DNA of 63,692 bases, filler included, from Octopus bimaculoides (GCF_001194135.2; 8 parts of 7 records of this genome joined end to end with filler, not necessarily neighbours in it), one strand, 5' to 3'. Numbered from the whole stretch's first letter, positions 36,831 to 50,884 are shown. Notes: a model not told the origin generated them from the letters alone. Translations and numbers: made by a program.

Positions 36831-37841
36831 AAAATGGGTTTGCATAGAACAAACACTCTTCTAAGAAGAAGAAAAAAAATAGAAAGCAAAGTTAAAGAAG
36901 CATCAATGACCATTCAAAACCAACAAAAACCTGAGATAGCAAGACCTTCCCTCAGGTAAATATATGACGTGATGCAGAAAAATCTGTAAGGAGATCACAC
37001 TTTAGACATACCATTATCCTACATTACACGTTAGGCCTTGATCTGGAACCCACAACAGAATGTAGAAGAGGGGAAGCCCTTAGTTGGAGGCGAGATAAGG
37101 AGGCAGAACTGAAAAAAGACATGGATTAACTGGAGAGAAGCAGTAAAGACTGTCCAGTGTCGAGAACAGTGAAGAAAAGTTATCGATGTCCTCTCCTCCA
37201 TATGAAGCGAAGGAATTAAGTAATTGGGTATAAAACTTCCTCCTTTGCCAATCTTTAAATAAAAATAACAATGTTTAAGAGACGGATGAACGAAACTGGT
37301 GGTAATTGCAGCTGAGAAAAGTATGGCCACGGGGCCCAGGTATTCTGTTGGAGAAATTAGTATTACTAACGTAGGATGATTACCAATCCAACAAAGCAGA
37401 AGTAACAAAGGAAAATATACTTTAGTAGCTAAAAACTAAGGAAGCAGTTCTCGTTGTTTAACGTTGCAGTAACAACCACGGGTTGTCAACAAACCACTTA
37501 AGTGATTTATGCAAGAAGAGTAGAAGTGGTTGACTACTGGAAATTTAGTTACAACAGGACTGAAGTGACCTACAAGTGCACAGGTATGTCTGTGCGTAAA
37601 GTCATCACAGGCAGCTATGAGAGTAGAAATAATAAAGAATTAGAAACGTGGAATCATTATTGCGATGGATGGCGTCGACCAGGAACTTCTCCATGCAAAC
37701 AGTGATGACTCAGAAACAACTAGTTGCAATGATGGTGTTGTTAAATGACAGCAGTGATTGATGAAAAGAGAAAAACCGTCGTGCGTTGTCTTAGGCTATT
37801 TATGACACATTATAGACTACTCTTAAGACTAATCTTTAATG

Positions 37842-38091
37842 CGGCAGTTCTCAACCATTTATCTTTGTGGACCCCTTTGATTTCTATTTTATTCGGGTGG
37901 ACTCGCATAGCCATTCGATGTTTAAAAAAATCCTTTTGTGCTTTTATAATGAAATATTTTTAGCAATTGTGTTCAAAATATTAAAATATTTTCGTGTATT
38001 GTACAAGTATAAGCATCAGAGTGCACATAAATTTTAACAAACTTTTATATGGATCTCTAAGATCCATATGGACCCTGGTTGAGAACCAGTT
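37842..38091. mobile_element. Charlie/MER5-like MITE
   Basis: TIR-like cggcagttctcaacc / ggttgagaaccagtt; no clear TSD. Related single ends at about 30525-30540 and 61825-61880. Confidence 0.55.
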
Positions 38092-38133
38092 TCATGAGTC
38101 AATAGAGAGGTGAGGAAACTCCGTTTATATCAA

Positions 38134-38180
<47 letters not shown>

Positions 38181-41100
38181 GCATACACATACGCGCGCGT
38201 ACTCTGAGGCTGAAGGTGTACTGCCACTGATTTCAACAGTATGTACTGGAGATCGTTGGGGTATATATATAATCGAAACTGAGCAATATTTCTAAAACGC
38301 TTGTACAAGCCTTGTAAATAGTTCGTAGCAGGTACCTCTAGCAGAAGTGTGCCAAATTTTGTTAATGTTCAACTAATTTGTTCTAAATGAGATATTTTAA
38401 CAAAACATATCTTTCATAATACCTTTTACTTGTTTTAGTCACTCGACTGCGGCCATGCTTGGGACACAGCCTTGGACAAATCGATTTAGTCGTACAAATC
38501 GATCCCAGTATATATATTTTAAAGCCTGGTACTTAGTCTATCGACCTCTTTTGCCGAACAGCTAAGGCGCGGGGACGTACACATCAACACCGATTGTCTT
38601 TTTCTCGTCACTCCTGCCGTATCTCACATCACCAGGCTGCACACTAAAACTTTGTTCAAATCCTTTTCTCTAATCGTCTTACATACATCCACCTCCATCG
38701 TTTTCATAAATATGTGAGTTCATACACGTGTTATGGGACATTATCTCTCCTTCTCCGACTATTCACAATTCTTTCTACTAGAGGCACGAGGGGTATCGGC
38801 TTGTCGATTACATCGATCCCATTGTTCAACTGGTACTTATTTTATCGACCCCAAGAGTATGAAAGGCAAAGTCGACCTCAATGGTATTTGAACCCCTAAC
38901 GTAAAGCCAGAAGAAATGCCGCTAAACATTTTCCCCGGCGTGGTAATGATTCTGCCAGCTCGTCACCTCCTCTAGCTACTAACAATGGTTTCAATTTTTG
39001 GCACAAGGCCAGCAAATTTCGGTGGACGGGATAAGTCGATTATATCTACCCTAGTGTTCAACTGGTACATACTTTATTGATCTCGGACTGATGAAAGGCA
39101 AAGTAGACCGCGGTGACATTTGAATGCAGAACGTAAATCCGGTCAAAATACCGCTAATTATTTTGTCCGACGTGCTAACGATTCTGCTTGCTCGTCACCC
39201 TCTCCAGCTACTAATAATAAAAAGATTATCAATAAAGTAATGGTCAACCAGTCTCGTGGGCATCATTATTTCAGTTTCTTATTGGCATTTACATCGCTTA
39301 TGTTCTTGCAAGGTATGAACCCTTACCACACACATTACCTTTCCCAAAACCTGTAGAATGTTTTGTTATTAGCGATAGATGGCTGTTGTTGCACCGCAAA
39401 CGGAAAAGCACACATCCGACTGTTGGTGGCGCTCCGCAACAGTCGATGGGACTTCTATGTGATCATGTGACATGCTAGAAATGGCAGTGAAATCTCCTTC
39501 AAATTACATCACATTGTCTTTGAAAAAGACATGCTTGTGTTCTGTAAGATGGCGTAGATAGAGTGCATACCGCGCGGAGTGTAGCCCTTGAGTTTGCTCC
39601 CACTATCCATCACGCTCCGAACCCTATACAGCAGACTCTAAAGTGCCCCTATCCACACACACGCGCACACACACACACACACACACACNNNNNNNNNNNN
39701 NNNNNNNNNNNNNNNNNNNNNNNNNNNNNNNNNNNNNNNNNNNNNNNNNNNNNNNNNNNNNNNNNNNNNNNNNNNNNNNNNNNNNNNNNNNNNNNNNNNN
39801 NNNNNNNNNNNNNNNNNNNNNNNNNNNNNNNNNNNNNNNNNNNNNNNNNNNNNNNNNNNNNNNNNNNNNNNNNNNNNNNNNNNNNNNNNNNNNNNNNNNN
39901 NNNNNNNNNNNNNNNNNNNNNNNNNNNNNNNNNNNNNNNNNNNNNNNNNNNNNNNNNNNNNNNNNNNNNNNNNNNNNNNNNNNNNNNNNNNNNNNNNNNN
40001 NNNNNNNNNNNNNNNNNNNNNNNNNNNNNNNNNNNNNNNNNNNNNNNNNNNNNNNNNNNNNNNNNNNNNNNNNNNNNNNNNNNNNNNNNNNNNNNNNNNN
40101 NNNNNNNNNNNNNNNNNNNNNNNNNNNNNNNNNNNNNNNNNNNNNNNNNNNNNNNNNNNNNNNNNNNNNNNNNNNNNNNNNNNNNNNNNNNNNNNNNNNN
40201 NNNNNNNNNNNNNNNNNNNNNNNNNNNNNNNNNNNNNNNNNNNNNNNNNNNNNNNNNNNNNNNNNNNNNNNNNNNNNNNNNNNNNNNNNNNNNNNNNNNN
40301 NNNNNNNNNNNNNNNNNNNNNNNNNNNNNNNNNNNNNNNNNNNNNNNNNNNNNNNNNNNNNNNNNNNNNNNNNNNNNNNNNNNNNNNNNNNNNNNNNNNN
40401 NNNNNNNNNNNNNNNNNNNNNNNNNNNNNNNNNNNNNNNNNNNNNNNNNNNNNNNNNNNNNNNNNNNNNNNNNNNNNNNNNNNNNNNNNNNNNNNNNNNN
40501 NNNNNNNNNNNNNNNNNNNNNNNNNNNNNNNNNNNNNNNNNNNNNNNNNNNNNNNNNNNNNNNNNNNNNNNNNNNNNNNNNNNNNNNNNNNNNNNNNNNN
40601 NNNNNNNNNNNNNNNNNNNNNNNNNNNNNNNNNNNNNNNNNNNNNNNNNNNNNNNNNNNNNNNNNTATATGTATATATATATATAATGTATGTATGTGTA
40701 TGGTTGTGTGCGTTTGCTATAAGTAATGGTAATTTTCTATGACTAAAAGTAAAATGAATGAATATAATAATAATAAAACCATAAGTTTTGGCTAACTATA
40801 TAGGTGTGTTGATATTTGTTACTATGAGTGAGAAAAGAATTGAGGAAAGTTTATCTGCGAGTTGGTTTGCGCAGCCTACTGCTAAATTGGTAAATTGACA
40901 GAAGAACAGCAACTTTGGCGTATATGGATAGCCTCGGCGCGCAGCTTATATGAAAGTTGATACAAGAAACTAAGTTGCTGACTGCTCTCAACCATATATG
41001 GACAGTTTCGGGCATCGTTAACCATACGGCACATCATATTTTGGTCAAATTTGGAAAAGGCGGAACACAAATGCGAAAACAGCGCGTTAAGTAGGTGATG

Positions 41101-42684
41101 CAAGGAACGTAGGGCATGGCAATGTAATAAAGCGAGCGGTAAGCTTTTATAATGGCTTGGAGGTCAACCGGTTTTAACAAGCGGCCTGTAGTTATTTGTT
41201 AGGGGGTCTTTACAGGAGATAAGCATGAAATACGCCCCACTCAGTTTCATTTGAAATTATCTTAAGTTACTTAAGAGCAACAACATCCACCTACCAGCAT
41301 ATCACTACCTCTCAGCTTACCTTCCCCTATCCTAAATGTAGCACAGGTTAATGTTCTGTTGTTTTGGAATGAGCTTCATTTGATGTTGAGGGCTTCTATA
41401 CCATATAACTATTCTTACCGAAGCTGGGAATCTCTACCTATTTATTTAAATTATTTATGTTTTCCTCTCTCTCTCTTCTCTTTGTTCTTTCAAATCTCAC
41501 ATACAACTTTTTATCTCTCTGTATCCGGTTATTCAGTTGAGTTTGAATACATCTGATTGTTGTTGTTAGTCCTATTTAAAAAAAAAAAGACAAACAAAAC
41601 CCAACTTTTTCTCTACGTAGAGTTTGTTCTGTAAATTAAGCAATCGTTAAATTAATGGATTAACTGTGATTTTTATCTCGAGGAATTTAACATAAAGGAA
41701 CAAAAAGAATCGAATCGGTTCGCTACACAAATACCAAACTTTATATTCTGTGATATGAAACATTTTCCTTTCGTTTTTATTTAATTTTTAATTTTTTGCC
41801 CTGTAACCATTCTTTTTATTTTAGTGCTGTGGGTTTCATTACAAATGAAACATCTATCCCTTACCAAATGTTTTTGTTATCAATATCTTTATTTGATATT
41901 GCAACCGAATATCTGATTCACAATAACTTCGATCACAAGGCGTCATCTGTTCCTACCCTGGCATCTTTTATCACATATATTTACATTGGGTATTTTACCT
42001 TATGACCATGATTACTCGGAGACGGAGTCGGCTGCTATCTGCCTCTGCCTGTCCTAGTCCGTCAGTCACAGACAAAACCAATCCCTCAATTAAAACCAAA
42101 GAAATTAAGGTAAGACTGTGACTCACTCACTAGCAAGTAATCAGCTCCTTTGTGTGTTTAATGCGTTTTTCTAAGAAAAAAATTGTCTACGTATTATATA
42201 TTCATTACTGTTCACTGTCAAATTAAACTTTCTAGAAACAAAGAAATTACCAAGAATTTATAGAAAAGTGAAAGTTTAAAAGTTTTGAAAGTATGTGCGT
42301 GAGTGTTTTTTCATAAAGTTTGGATCGAGCATATCCGTTATATCACATTGATACGGTTCAGTATCGTTAGCATGGTTTTTTTAATGGTTTTATTGTGAAA
42401 TTTTCTGGAATATTTTGAAGCAAAATAAGTTTCTAATGGAAAAGTTAAAAAAAGAAAAAGAAAGAAGAAAAAAATCAGTGATTTTCTTTCTTTTATGCCT
42501 CAAGCTTCATAGTAGCATCCCAACAACGATACATCTGTTTCTCTTCCTCCTAAAAATCCTGCTACATCATACTCATAGGAATCAAGCACATGGTCTATAT
42601 TTACATCAGTTCAAAATAAGGTCAAATAGAGAGAATGGAGAAATAGAGATATACATGTCTACATGTCTATTCTATGTGTGTGCA

Positions 42685-42722
<38 letters not shown>

Positions 42723-42855
42723 TGTGTGTGTACACAGACATGTGTAGTCAGAAAGAGAGAGAGAGAGAACAATATGATGAAGAAATAACTGCGTACTCGC
42801 ACGCTCTTGAATATTCAGACACACACACATACGCGTGAGCGCGCGCACACACACA

Positions 42856-42971
<116 letters not shown>

Positions 42972-43077
42972 TGTGTGNNNNNNNNNNNNNNNNNNNNNNN
43001 NNNNNNNNNNNNNNNNNNNNNTTAATTAATTAANNNNNNNNNNNNNNNNNNNNNNNNNNNNNNNNNNNNNNNNNNNN

Positions 43078-43150
43078 TTATGCAGAAGGTCAGCTACGGA
43101 ACAAATATGAATCTTCAGTTCAGTCAAGAACTTTACCAAAACCTACCCCA
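43078..43150 (+). CDS. 3' end of a penultimate exon, probable protocadherin cytoplasmic region (5' part lost at the spacer)
   Basis: Open frame YAEGQLRNKYESSVQSRTLPKPTP ending at a strong donor CCA|gtaagt; phase 0 matches the exon at 43339. Identity is inferred from position upstream of a protocadherin on the same strand and piece. Confidence 0.55.
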
Positions 43151-43338
43151 GTAAGTGGAAACATTATAATATTTTCTCTCTCTTCACTGTATATGTAAAA
43201 AAGGAACAATGAAATCTCTTTGAATATATTTTAACTTCAATAATACATTCCAATATTAAATTGTTCTCTTTCCATGTTGATTCTAACTTCCATTGTTTGG
43301 TGTCTCCTCACATTTCTTTATCATTTGTTTGTCCACAG

Positions 43339-43497
43339 AAATACTGTCAACCTGTTGTGGTGACATCAAGTGATGATGCTGTGGAAGATAATGCTACTAT
43401 GGTTTGTAACTATACATCAGATACAATGTCATCTAAGAGAAGTGGTAGACAAGGAGACTTGAAGCATTATGAAGAAATACCAGGAGTATCAGGTTAA
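43339..43497 (+). CDS. Terminal coding exon, probable protocadherin cytoplasmic tail
   Basis: Acceptor tcatttgtttgtccacag|AAA; KYCQPVVVTSSDDAVEDNATMVCNYTSDTMSSKRSGRQGDLKHYEEIPGVSG-stop; several AATAAA downstream. Family assignment is inference. Confidence 0.6.
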   Translation, partial: KYCQPVVVTSSDDAVEDNATMVCNYTSDTMSSKRSGRQGDLKHYEEIPGVSG

Positions 43498-44405
43498 TAA
43501 ATTCATTGACAATATTTCAGTTTGATCCCTTCTTAAATGTGAACTTTTCATTTTAATAAATTTGTATTTTACTTTGAGTAATATATTTATTATTGTTATA
43601 CTAGCAGATGCTTATTTTATTATTATTTTATTGCCAATTAAACACACGCACTACTTATTCAATGTTTAGTTTTTATTTGTATTACTTTTAGTTTCTATGT
43701 TTGTCAAAGTTCTTTGAAGTAAGCAGGACAATAGGAGACACATGACACAGATTGTCACTGATGGAGTCATACAATGTGTATAAACTCAAAATAAAATGAA
43801 TAAAAACTAGTGAAGATTGAATAGACAGTGTTTGTGTCTAGTTGGCAAAGAAAAGTATAACAATATCCTTTTCAACACATGTGTTCACATGAAGAATCTT
43901 GCAAAAATAAATATAGAAATGTAATATATTTACTATTTTATTCATTTTTCTTTTCTTCTAAAAGCTTGAGAATACTTTTATTTTTCAATTTTGTTTGTTC
44001 TAAGATTTTATATACTTTTTTACATATTTTGTTTCCGTATGATACGAAAATCTTTTGTAAATCTTTATATTTTGTATCTAAATTCCAGATCAAAATATAT
44101 ACAAAAACAATGATGCATCTACATCAAAAGACTGTAGTGAAGAAACACCTGTGAAACACGTGTAATTAATTATATTAGTGAAGTGACAAAACTACTCTAT
44201 ATGAACATAAGTGGCATAGAGTGTTTAGTACATAACCAACATTTTAATGCACACAAGCACACATTCATATATAAAATGCCTTTACTATGTATACTGTATA
44301 GCAGCAATATATATATGTGTGTGTGTGTGTTTGTCTGTGTATATATATGTATGTATGTATTTGTATGTGTATATATATATATGTATGTGTATATATATAT
44401 ATATG

Positions 44406-44513
<108 letters not shown>

Positions 44514-44840
44514 CATATATGTATATGTGTATATATACATGTGTGTGTGTCTTTGTATAAAGGCAGCAATGCTAATGAAATAACAAATGGTGTTTGATCT
44601 TAGAGTAATGGAAATATATCCTTATTGAAAAATGAATAAGTATAAATTTTACTGAAATTTTTACCCCAATATTTTATTTCTAAGGAAAATTTTCATAATT
44701 ATCAATATTTTGTGTCCATGAGAAAGGCATGAATATCACAACTTCTTTTTATCTGCAATAAATATGTTACCTTCTAATTAGTCTAAAGCAATCAATATTA
44801 AAGAAAAAAATTTATCATTGGTCTTCTGTTTAGGTCCTGC

Positions 44841-45236
44841 AGCCAATCAGATTCTCATAGAAAGAATTCACTAACAATGAAATTTACTCACACTATCGAT
44901 GTTATTAAACCAAACAATTATGTTAAGTATACAGTATTGTAGATATATAAATACATATCTCTATATATGTAATTAGCAATCATCTCTAAAAGTGTATATA
45001 TATATATATACACACACACACAAAGTATCATTAGATGGATCTATTCCCACAAAACATACAACTTCAGTGACACATGCAACCCTTTCCTAGCAGCAGACTA
45101 TCTGCCTGACGTGCTACACTACTCCATCAACATACAGCCATTGTCACACCATTACAGCAGCACGTACAATGGATCTTTCTACAACACTACATCTTTCTAT
45201 TCTCACTGAATAACCAACGATATAATTATTAATAAG
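44841..45236 (+). promoter_or_regulatory. Candidate promoter and non-coding first exon of the downstream protocadherin
   Basis: AGCCAATCAG (NF-Y-type CCAAT) at 44841-44850, TGACGT at about 45106, donor AATAAG|gtaagt at 45236/45237, matching acceptor cttaattttctgttttag|G at 47982/47983, 54 nt before the ATG. Confidence 0.45.
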
Positions 45237-48036
45237 GTAAGTTTCTATTTAATTTTTTATAATCTAATTTTAATTTATTATCACTTACCAAATCTGTGAG
45301 ATAGTGTTTTGATATATTTAATATTAACAAAAGAACAAAGAGATTGAACAATAATCACCCACATTTTTCAGTAATGTAGTCCATATCTATTTAAAATTAA
45401 TTGGATGGTGTTGCATATATTTAATATTTAAATTTTATTCAGTTATAACTATTTTATCTGTGTCTGTATAATATTTGTTACATATATTAATTCGTAACAA
45501 TAGAAAATAGCCTATGCAATGTTTTAGTTTGCGTTTTTCTTTTTTTGTAACTAAGATGTAATATTGTATCTTCATATTAGATGGTGTATAAAAAGTTATG
45601 TTAGATATTGCATATAAAATATATAGAATTCTACTACAATGTCCTTAAATTTCATTATAGGAGGAAAAATTGTTAGCAATGACGGGACAGTAGTCTGCTT
45701 TAGGTTGGGACTAAGAATAGTAGCAGACATGTTAGTATTTGCAGTTGTCAGGAAGTGGTTACAAATGATATGTTGTATATAAGAATTATTTATTTATATA
45801 CAGTTATATACTTGCTATTTTCAAGCTGAGAAAATATCTAGAAAATATTTTGATCCTCCATTAGAAAGAGAAATATTTGTTTATTTTAGAACATATATGA
45901 AATGGTTTTGAGGTAAATTTAATTGTGTATCTGAAATGAATCATATTGCTATTATTTTATTTGGCTAGATGCATCCTCAAAAATTATATGAAATTTTCTT
46001 CCTAGATCAATATCGTATATAAAAGCATTCATTGAAATAGTAATATATTGTGAATGAATAATGAGAGTTATTAGAAGATAATTATGAAATATATGAGACC
46101 TCTTCATTCTTTTATATGGAGCAGAGTGATGTCTATATGTATGGTTTTACATATTTATATATGCATATGTCTTTTAATTTTATATATGCCACAAGTATAA
46201 AATCAACGAATGATTTCCAAATTGTTTCTACCTTAAAATAAAGTGACAAATTGGCTGAGTCAGAGTATCAGACATAATTCCTTATGGGTTTTGCTCCAGT
46301 TCTAGGTTCAAATCTCACTGTGATCAACTTTACCTTACATCCTTCTGGGGTTGATCAATCAGTCAAGTGCTCTCAGAATCAGTTACATTGTGCTGTGAGA
46401 AGAGCTATAGGAAACCATTCACAGAGTCTCTTTCCTCAGAAATGGAGAAGAATTGAGTGAGTAAGCTAGCATTCTCTTCTCATAGAAAAATTAAAATACA
46501 GCTGGAACCTTCCAAGAAGGGCAGATGCACAGTACTGTACAGAATAGAAATAAGGAAATTAAATAAACAAATAAAAAGCCTTGAAATAATGTTTCTTATT
46601 GTAGAATAAGTATCTCTATTTTAATGCAAGTTATGTAGAGAAATTTTACCTAAAGTTAATGAAAACTGTGTGTATTTATCATTAAGTGTTTAAAGATGTA
46701 CAACTGCTTCTTGCATGAATGTAAATAGGTTGTCTGTTTGTGTGTTTGTTTGTTTTTTTAATAGAATAGAATATTTTGTTATTGGATAAGAATAGTCAAT
46801 TTGATAAGATCCGTTGCATATAGGTCGCTAATCACTTAACATCATAATCCAACCTGGTTTAAAACCGAGCACATTCTGTCATCTTAGATGTGAATTTATG
46901 GTATGCCATGTGCCTATCAGGGCCGTTTGTATCCAAACTATCATTCAGTATGGCAGGCTGGAAAATAACCAATATAGAGACATATATAAAGTATTTAGTT
47001 AGTGATGGTTAGCTGTAGTTTTTTTAAGATTCATTGTAAATTCTAGAATCCTTACCTAGACATTGCACAAAAGCACCTTTTATTGTGTGTATGTGTGTAT
47101 GGTTTGTAGTTGTTGTGTCAGGTGACAGCAGGAGAAAGCATTTTGAGAACCTACAAGATTGCTGCTCGTGTTCAGTTACGTTGTAGATTGCTGGACATAT
47201 TGCCAAAATTGTAGGGATACAATGTATAATTTTGTTCTTATGTCACCCAATTATCTGTTACAAAGTAGAATACGGCTATCAAAGGTGCACGGGGAATTAA
47301 CAGTTCAACATAACATGTATCATATAATTTTTTAGAATTTTATTCCAGTTTATTGTATTTATTTTGTCAACCTTTTTAAGCCAAAAAAGATTCCATCTAA
47401 AATCTATAGCACATTAGGCAACCTGCAAACTATACTGTATGTTGGTTATTAGGTTGTTTATTCATGTTACATGATTCTCTCTTAGCTCTTCCAGTGCTGT
47501 CAGCACAATGCACAGTGAGCCCTCTCCCAAAAAACCTGATTGCTTACTTTCCTCTTAACTCTACTCAGGCTGACTCCCATTGCTATCATGTTGTCCTGGA
47601 ACCATGTCTTCCTTTATCTTACACTCAGTGTTTTCCCTCCTTCTGGCATGGTAGTATGTTACTTGTGTAATAACTGAAGCACATGGCCAGTAAACCATAT
47701 CTGCTACTTAGTCACCACTTCCCATGCCAGCTCTTCTCATCACCTCTTTGTTTCTCACTCTGCCCCTGTAACACATGCCCAGGATTGAATGTAGGTAACA
47801 TCAATGAAACATGTCCAACACTTGAGAGATCTTTGCTGTCTTCTTCCAGGTTTCACAGACACAGATACTGCTAATGTAACAATATATGAATATAGTTGCA
47901 GCTTTATCTATCTGATGCCTAATGTCTCAAACTGCTTATATCTTTTCATTTGATTATTTACAAACTTAATTTTCTGTTTTAGGTTTAGTCTTCATCATAT
48001 GTGAACAATCTTCAATAACCATTGTTATACAACAAT

Positions 48037-48533
48037 ATGTTATTGCCATTGACAATTGTATTGTCAGTGGTCCACTGTGTCCTCACCATAGACCTTACCT
48101 ACCATGTGGAAGAAGAGAGAAGTCCAGGAACATATGTAGCAGACATTGCTGCGGATTCTAAACTTTTAGACAATGTTAAACCATCTGACCAACATTTGAT
48201 AACATTCAGTCAATTCAAACGAAAGGTGGCACAGTTATTTAATATCACCAAAACAGGTAAACTGTACACTGCTCAGACACTGGATGCAGAAGATCTCTGT
48301 ACATTCAACAAAGAATGTTCTAGAACTGTGAAAGTTATTATAAAGAAAGTGGATAGTTTCACAAAAATATTAAAAGTCAAAATAGTGATTGAAGACATTA
48401 ACGACCATGAACCTGAGTTTCCTGAAAAACAAATAATTTTACAATTTAGGGAAGGAGATCGAGAAGGTATGAAGAAGTCAGTTCCAAATGCCATAGACAA
48501 AGATATCAGTTACCAAAATTCTTTCATTGAATA
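48037..48533 (+). CDS. Pcdh: Protocadherin, signal peptide + EC1 + start of EC2
   Basis: ATG at 48037 (the track starts at TTG 48022). Hydrophobic signal MLLPLTIVLSVVHCVLT, EC1 with C-X5-C (CTFNKEC), linker DINDHEPEF, AIDKD. Ends at a 250-N gap. Confidence 0.95.
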
Positions 48534-48784
48534 NNNNNNNNNNNNNNNNNNNNNNNNNNNNNNNNNNNNNNNNNNNNNNNNNNNNNNNNNNNNNNNNNNN
48601 NNNNNNNNNNNNNNNNNNNNNNNNNNNNNNNNNNNNNNNNNNNNNNNNNNNNNNNNNNNNNNNNNNNNNNNNNNNNNNNNNNNNNNNNNNNNNNNNNNNN
48701 NNNNNNNNNNNNNNNNNNNNNNNNNNNNNNNNNNNNNNNNNNNNNNNNNNNNNNNNNNNNNNNNNNNNNNNNNNNNNNNNNNNA

Positions 48785-49321
48785 GCAAAGAAATATTTCG
48801 AATTGGATGAAAAGACTGGCAAAGTATTTTTATCTAGAATTTCTAGTTTGAATGAAAAAACATCTTTTGAATTATTTATAGAGGCCAGGGATGGAGGTAA
48901 CCCACCTCTCAGTTCTATAGCAACTGTTTTAGTAAATGTTATCAACCAACACAACAATCCTCCGTCTATTGATATTGATTATGTTAATGCAATCAATGAC
49001 AACACAGGTACGATTTCTGAAAAGATCAAAGTCGGTAGTTTCATTGCTTATGTGATGGTCACTGACAATGATGTGGGACAAAATGGAGAGGTCAGCTGTG
49101 ATATCAAACATGATACATTCAAACTACAGTCAATGGGATCTAAAGAATATAAAATCATTCTAAACAAACCAGTGGACAGAGAAACACAAGGACACTATAA
49201 CATTCCTGTCTCCTGTCAAGATAAAGGATTACCTCCTCTGAAAAGTATTAAAACCCTCTCTATCCAAGTGACGGACATCAATGATGTACAACCACAGTTT
49301 ACCAAAGATACATTCCAATTC
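48785..49321 (+). CDS. Pcdh: Protocadherin, EC3 (partial) + EC4 + start of EC5
   Basis: ARDGGNPPLS, VTDND, VDRE, CQDKGLPPL, DINDVQPQF cadherin motifs in an intron-less ectodomain exon. Truncated by the spacer at 49322; TM and tail not visible. Confidence 0.95.
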
Positions 49322-49922
49322 NNNNNNNNNNNNNNNNNNNNNNNNNNNNNNNNNNNNNNNNNNNNTTAATTAATTAANNNNNNNNNNNNNNNNNNNNNNN
49401 NNNNNNNNNNNNNNNNNNNNNAAGAAGCCCGTCGTATATATGTATATGTATATATATATGTGTGTCTGTGTTTGTCCCCCCCCACCCCAACATCGCTTGA
49501 CAACCGATGCTGGTGTGTTTACGTCCCCGTAACTTAGTGGTTCGGCAAAAGTGACCGATAGAATAAGTACTAGGCTTACAAAGAGTAAATCCTGGGGTCG
49601 ATTGGCTCGACTAAAAGGCGGTGCTCCAGCATGGCCGCAGTCAAATGACTGAAACAAGTAAAAAAGTAAAAAGAGTATACGAGTAGAAAAGAATAATAGG
49701 ACATACATATGCATGCGTGTGTGTGTTTGTGTTTGTGTGTGTGTTCGACATATACATGGATATACATACATATATGTTCAATGGACTTCTCGCTTACACA
49801 CTTATTCTATCGGTCTTTTTTACCGAACCGCTAAGTTACGGTGACGTAAACACACCAACATCGGTTGTCAAGCGACGGTGGAGGACAAACACAGACACAC
49901 AAATACATACATGCATACATAC

Positions 49923-49961
<39 letters not shown>

Positions 49962-50142
49962 CTCTTTTACTTGTTTCAGTTATTTGACTGCGGCCATGCT
50001 GGAGCACTGCCTTTATTCGAGGAAATCGACCCCAGGACTTATCCTTTGTAAGCCTTGTACTTATTTTATCGGTCGTTTTTTGCTGAACCGCTACATTACG
50101 GGGATGTAAACACACCAGCATCGGTTGTCATGTAAATAACCC

Positions 50143-50212
<70 letters not shown>

Positions 50213-50309
50213 CTTGGGGGAGAATTCACAAAAAAAATACAAAAGACGAAGACAGGTGGTGTAGACAACAAACAGATGTATCAGTTTAACGCTGGGGAAG
50301 TGAAGAAGT

Positions 50310-50345
50310 CTTTGACGTTTCGAACCTACGCTCTTCCACAGAAAG
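50310..50345 (-). ncRNA. Very small hammerhead-like motif with CUGUGGA core
   Basis: Minus strand CTTT CTGTGGA A GAGC GTAG GTTC GAAAC GTC AAAG; stem I CTTT/AAAG, stem II GAGC/GTTC, palindromic ACGT, GUC triplet; core deviates from CUGANGA. Confidence 0.5.
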
Positions 50346-50884
50346 GCACACAGAAAGAAACAAGGAGAGAGAAAAAAATGTGTGTAGTGGTTAGCAACAT
50401 AAAATATATATGTGTGTGTGTGCGCGCGCGGGAATACATAAACACATACATGTATACATATATGTGTGTGTAATAAGCGTATGTATATACAAAAGAGAGA
50501 GACAGACACAGAGAGAAAGAGAGAGAGAGAGAGAGATTGGTTATATTAATTAGTTAGTCAGGCGTTCGACATTTATCCCACATTTATTGGGAATAGTTCC
50601 ACCATTGATCTTAAACTGCTGATAAACTCTTCACGTCTGTTAAGAAGCCACAAGTCAATTGTTGACGGCCAAGTGCCAAGGAATAGCCGAATTAATGGCT
50701 CCTTAAGTTAAATAGCAGACCATCGCTGTCACATCGCTATCATAGCAAAGCTCTTCACTTATCGCAATATCTACGTCTATAATGACCGATCCACACTTGA
50801 GATAGCCTACTTGATATTTAAATGTTTTATATCTATCTCTTTCTACACACACATACACACACACATACATACACTATCATTTTT

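Noticed and set aside
35806-40726. Long ORFs spanning N runs (also 19365-19794, 58938-59915)
   Set aside because: Their length comes from untranslatable N gaps and flanking microsatellites.
48534-48783. Apparent frameshift in the protocadherin
   Set aside because: The 250-N gap length is only an estimate; both flanks are open and motif-intact, so there is no pseudogene evidence.
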